A model generated the notes under the pieces. The model did not search any database. It saw nothing but the letters and a program-made list of their open reading frames with translations, and was not told where the DNA came from. From NCBI GenBank assembly GCA_007117515.1, contig SKGQ01000037.1, positions 23,286 through 87,285 on the forward strand: DNA of 64,000 bases, written 5' to 3'. Both the position numbers and the translations under genes were made by a program. This DNA comes from Ectothiorhodospiraceae bacterium (lineage in GTDB: Bacteria; Pseudomonadota; Gammaproteobacteria; Nitrococcales; Aquisalimonadaceae). How positions within the stretch are numbered: the first letter of the stretch is position 1; the number at the start of each line of letters is the position of its first letter. Positions 63,694-64,000 of the stretch are shown here, in pieces.

Positions 63694-64000
63694 CACCGTC
63701 GCCTTGGACTACAGACAGCATGGCGATTCCGCCCAGCCGACACTGGTCCTGCTGCATGGTTTGTACGGTTCGGCCAGTAACTGGGCGCGGATCGTTTCGA
63801 CCCTGGCGCAAGATTATCGGGTGCTTTCCCCGGACCTGCGGAACCACGGTGGCAGTCCGCAGCATGTGGATATGCGCTATCCGGCGATGGCCGCCGACGT
63901 ACTTGCGCTGCTCGACAGCCTGGACATCGAAAAGGCCCACATTCTCGGCCACAGCATGGGCGGCAAGGTGGCAATGCTGTGCGCCTTGCAATCGCCGCAG
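63686..64000 (+). CDS. Alpha/beta hydrolase (YbfF-like esterase), truncated by the window end
   Basis: My translation MPDTVALDY...LVLLHGLYGS...PDLRNHG...LGHSMGGKVAM, with nucleophile motif GHSMG; start overlaps the gdh end; not in the ORF track. Confidence 0.88.
   Translation, partial: MPDTVALDYRQHGDSAQPTLVLLHGLYGSASNWARIVSTLAQDYRVLSPDLRNHGGSPQHVDMRYPAMAADVLALLDSLDIEKAHILGHSMGGKVAMLCALQSPQ

Overview
GC-rich gammaproteobacterial chromosome segment; gene content and order suggest Chromatiales/Ectothiorhodospiraceae-like (inference). Mostly core metabolism: a GT4 glycosyltransferase locus, an orphan solute-binding protein coupled to a hybrid histidine kinase, isocitrate dehydrogenase, UspA, a doubly frameshifted HpxW-like gamma-glutamyltransferase, an acuI-prpB-prpC-acnD-prpF-prpD-ogt methylcitrate cluster, sucA-sucB-lpdA, hisBHAFIE-tatABC, dtd, lpxL, the def-fmt-rsmB-DUF4390-ntrY-ntrX-trkA-trkH block, lysM-dprA-smg-topA-tsaC-hemF, aceE-aceF-lpdA (E3 with its own lipoyl domain), a FabH-like enzyme, large NAD-glutamate dehydrogenase, and a truncated alpha/beta hydrolase missing from the ORF track. 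I saw no rRNA, tRNA, CRISPR array, transposase or integrase. Most interesting unexplained signals: (1) a 394-nt structured non-coding region between convergent lpxL and trkH, with two identical 18-nt motifs exactly 90 nt apart (candidate ncRNA); (2) a KAS III-like enzyme whose catalytic His and Asn are replaced by Thr and Tyr; (3) two copies of one nested-hairpin repeat family with ANGGA loops; (4) the solute-binding protein/kinase pair with no transporter; (5) acuI and ogt translationally coupled to the prp cluster. All family assignments come from motif recognition; no database searches were run.
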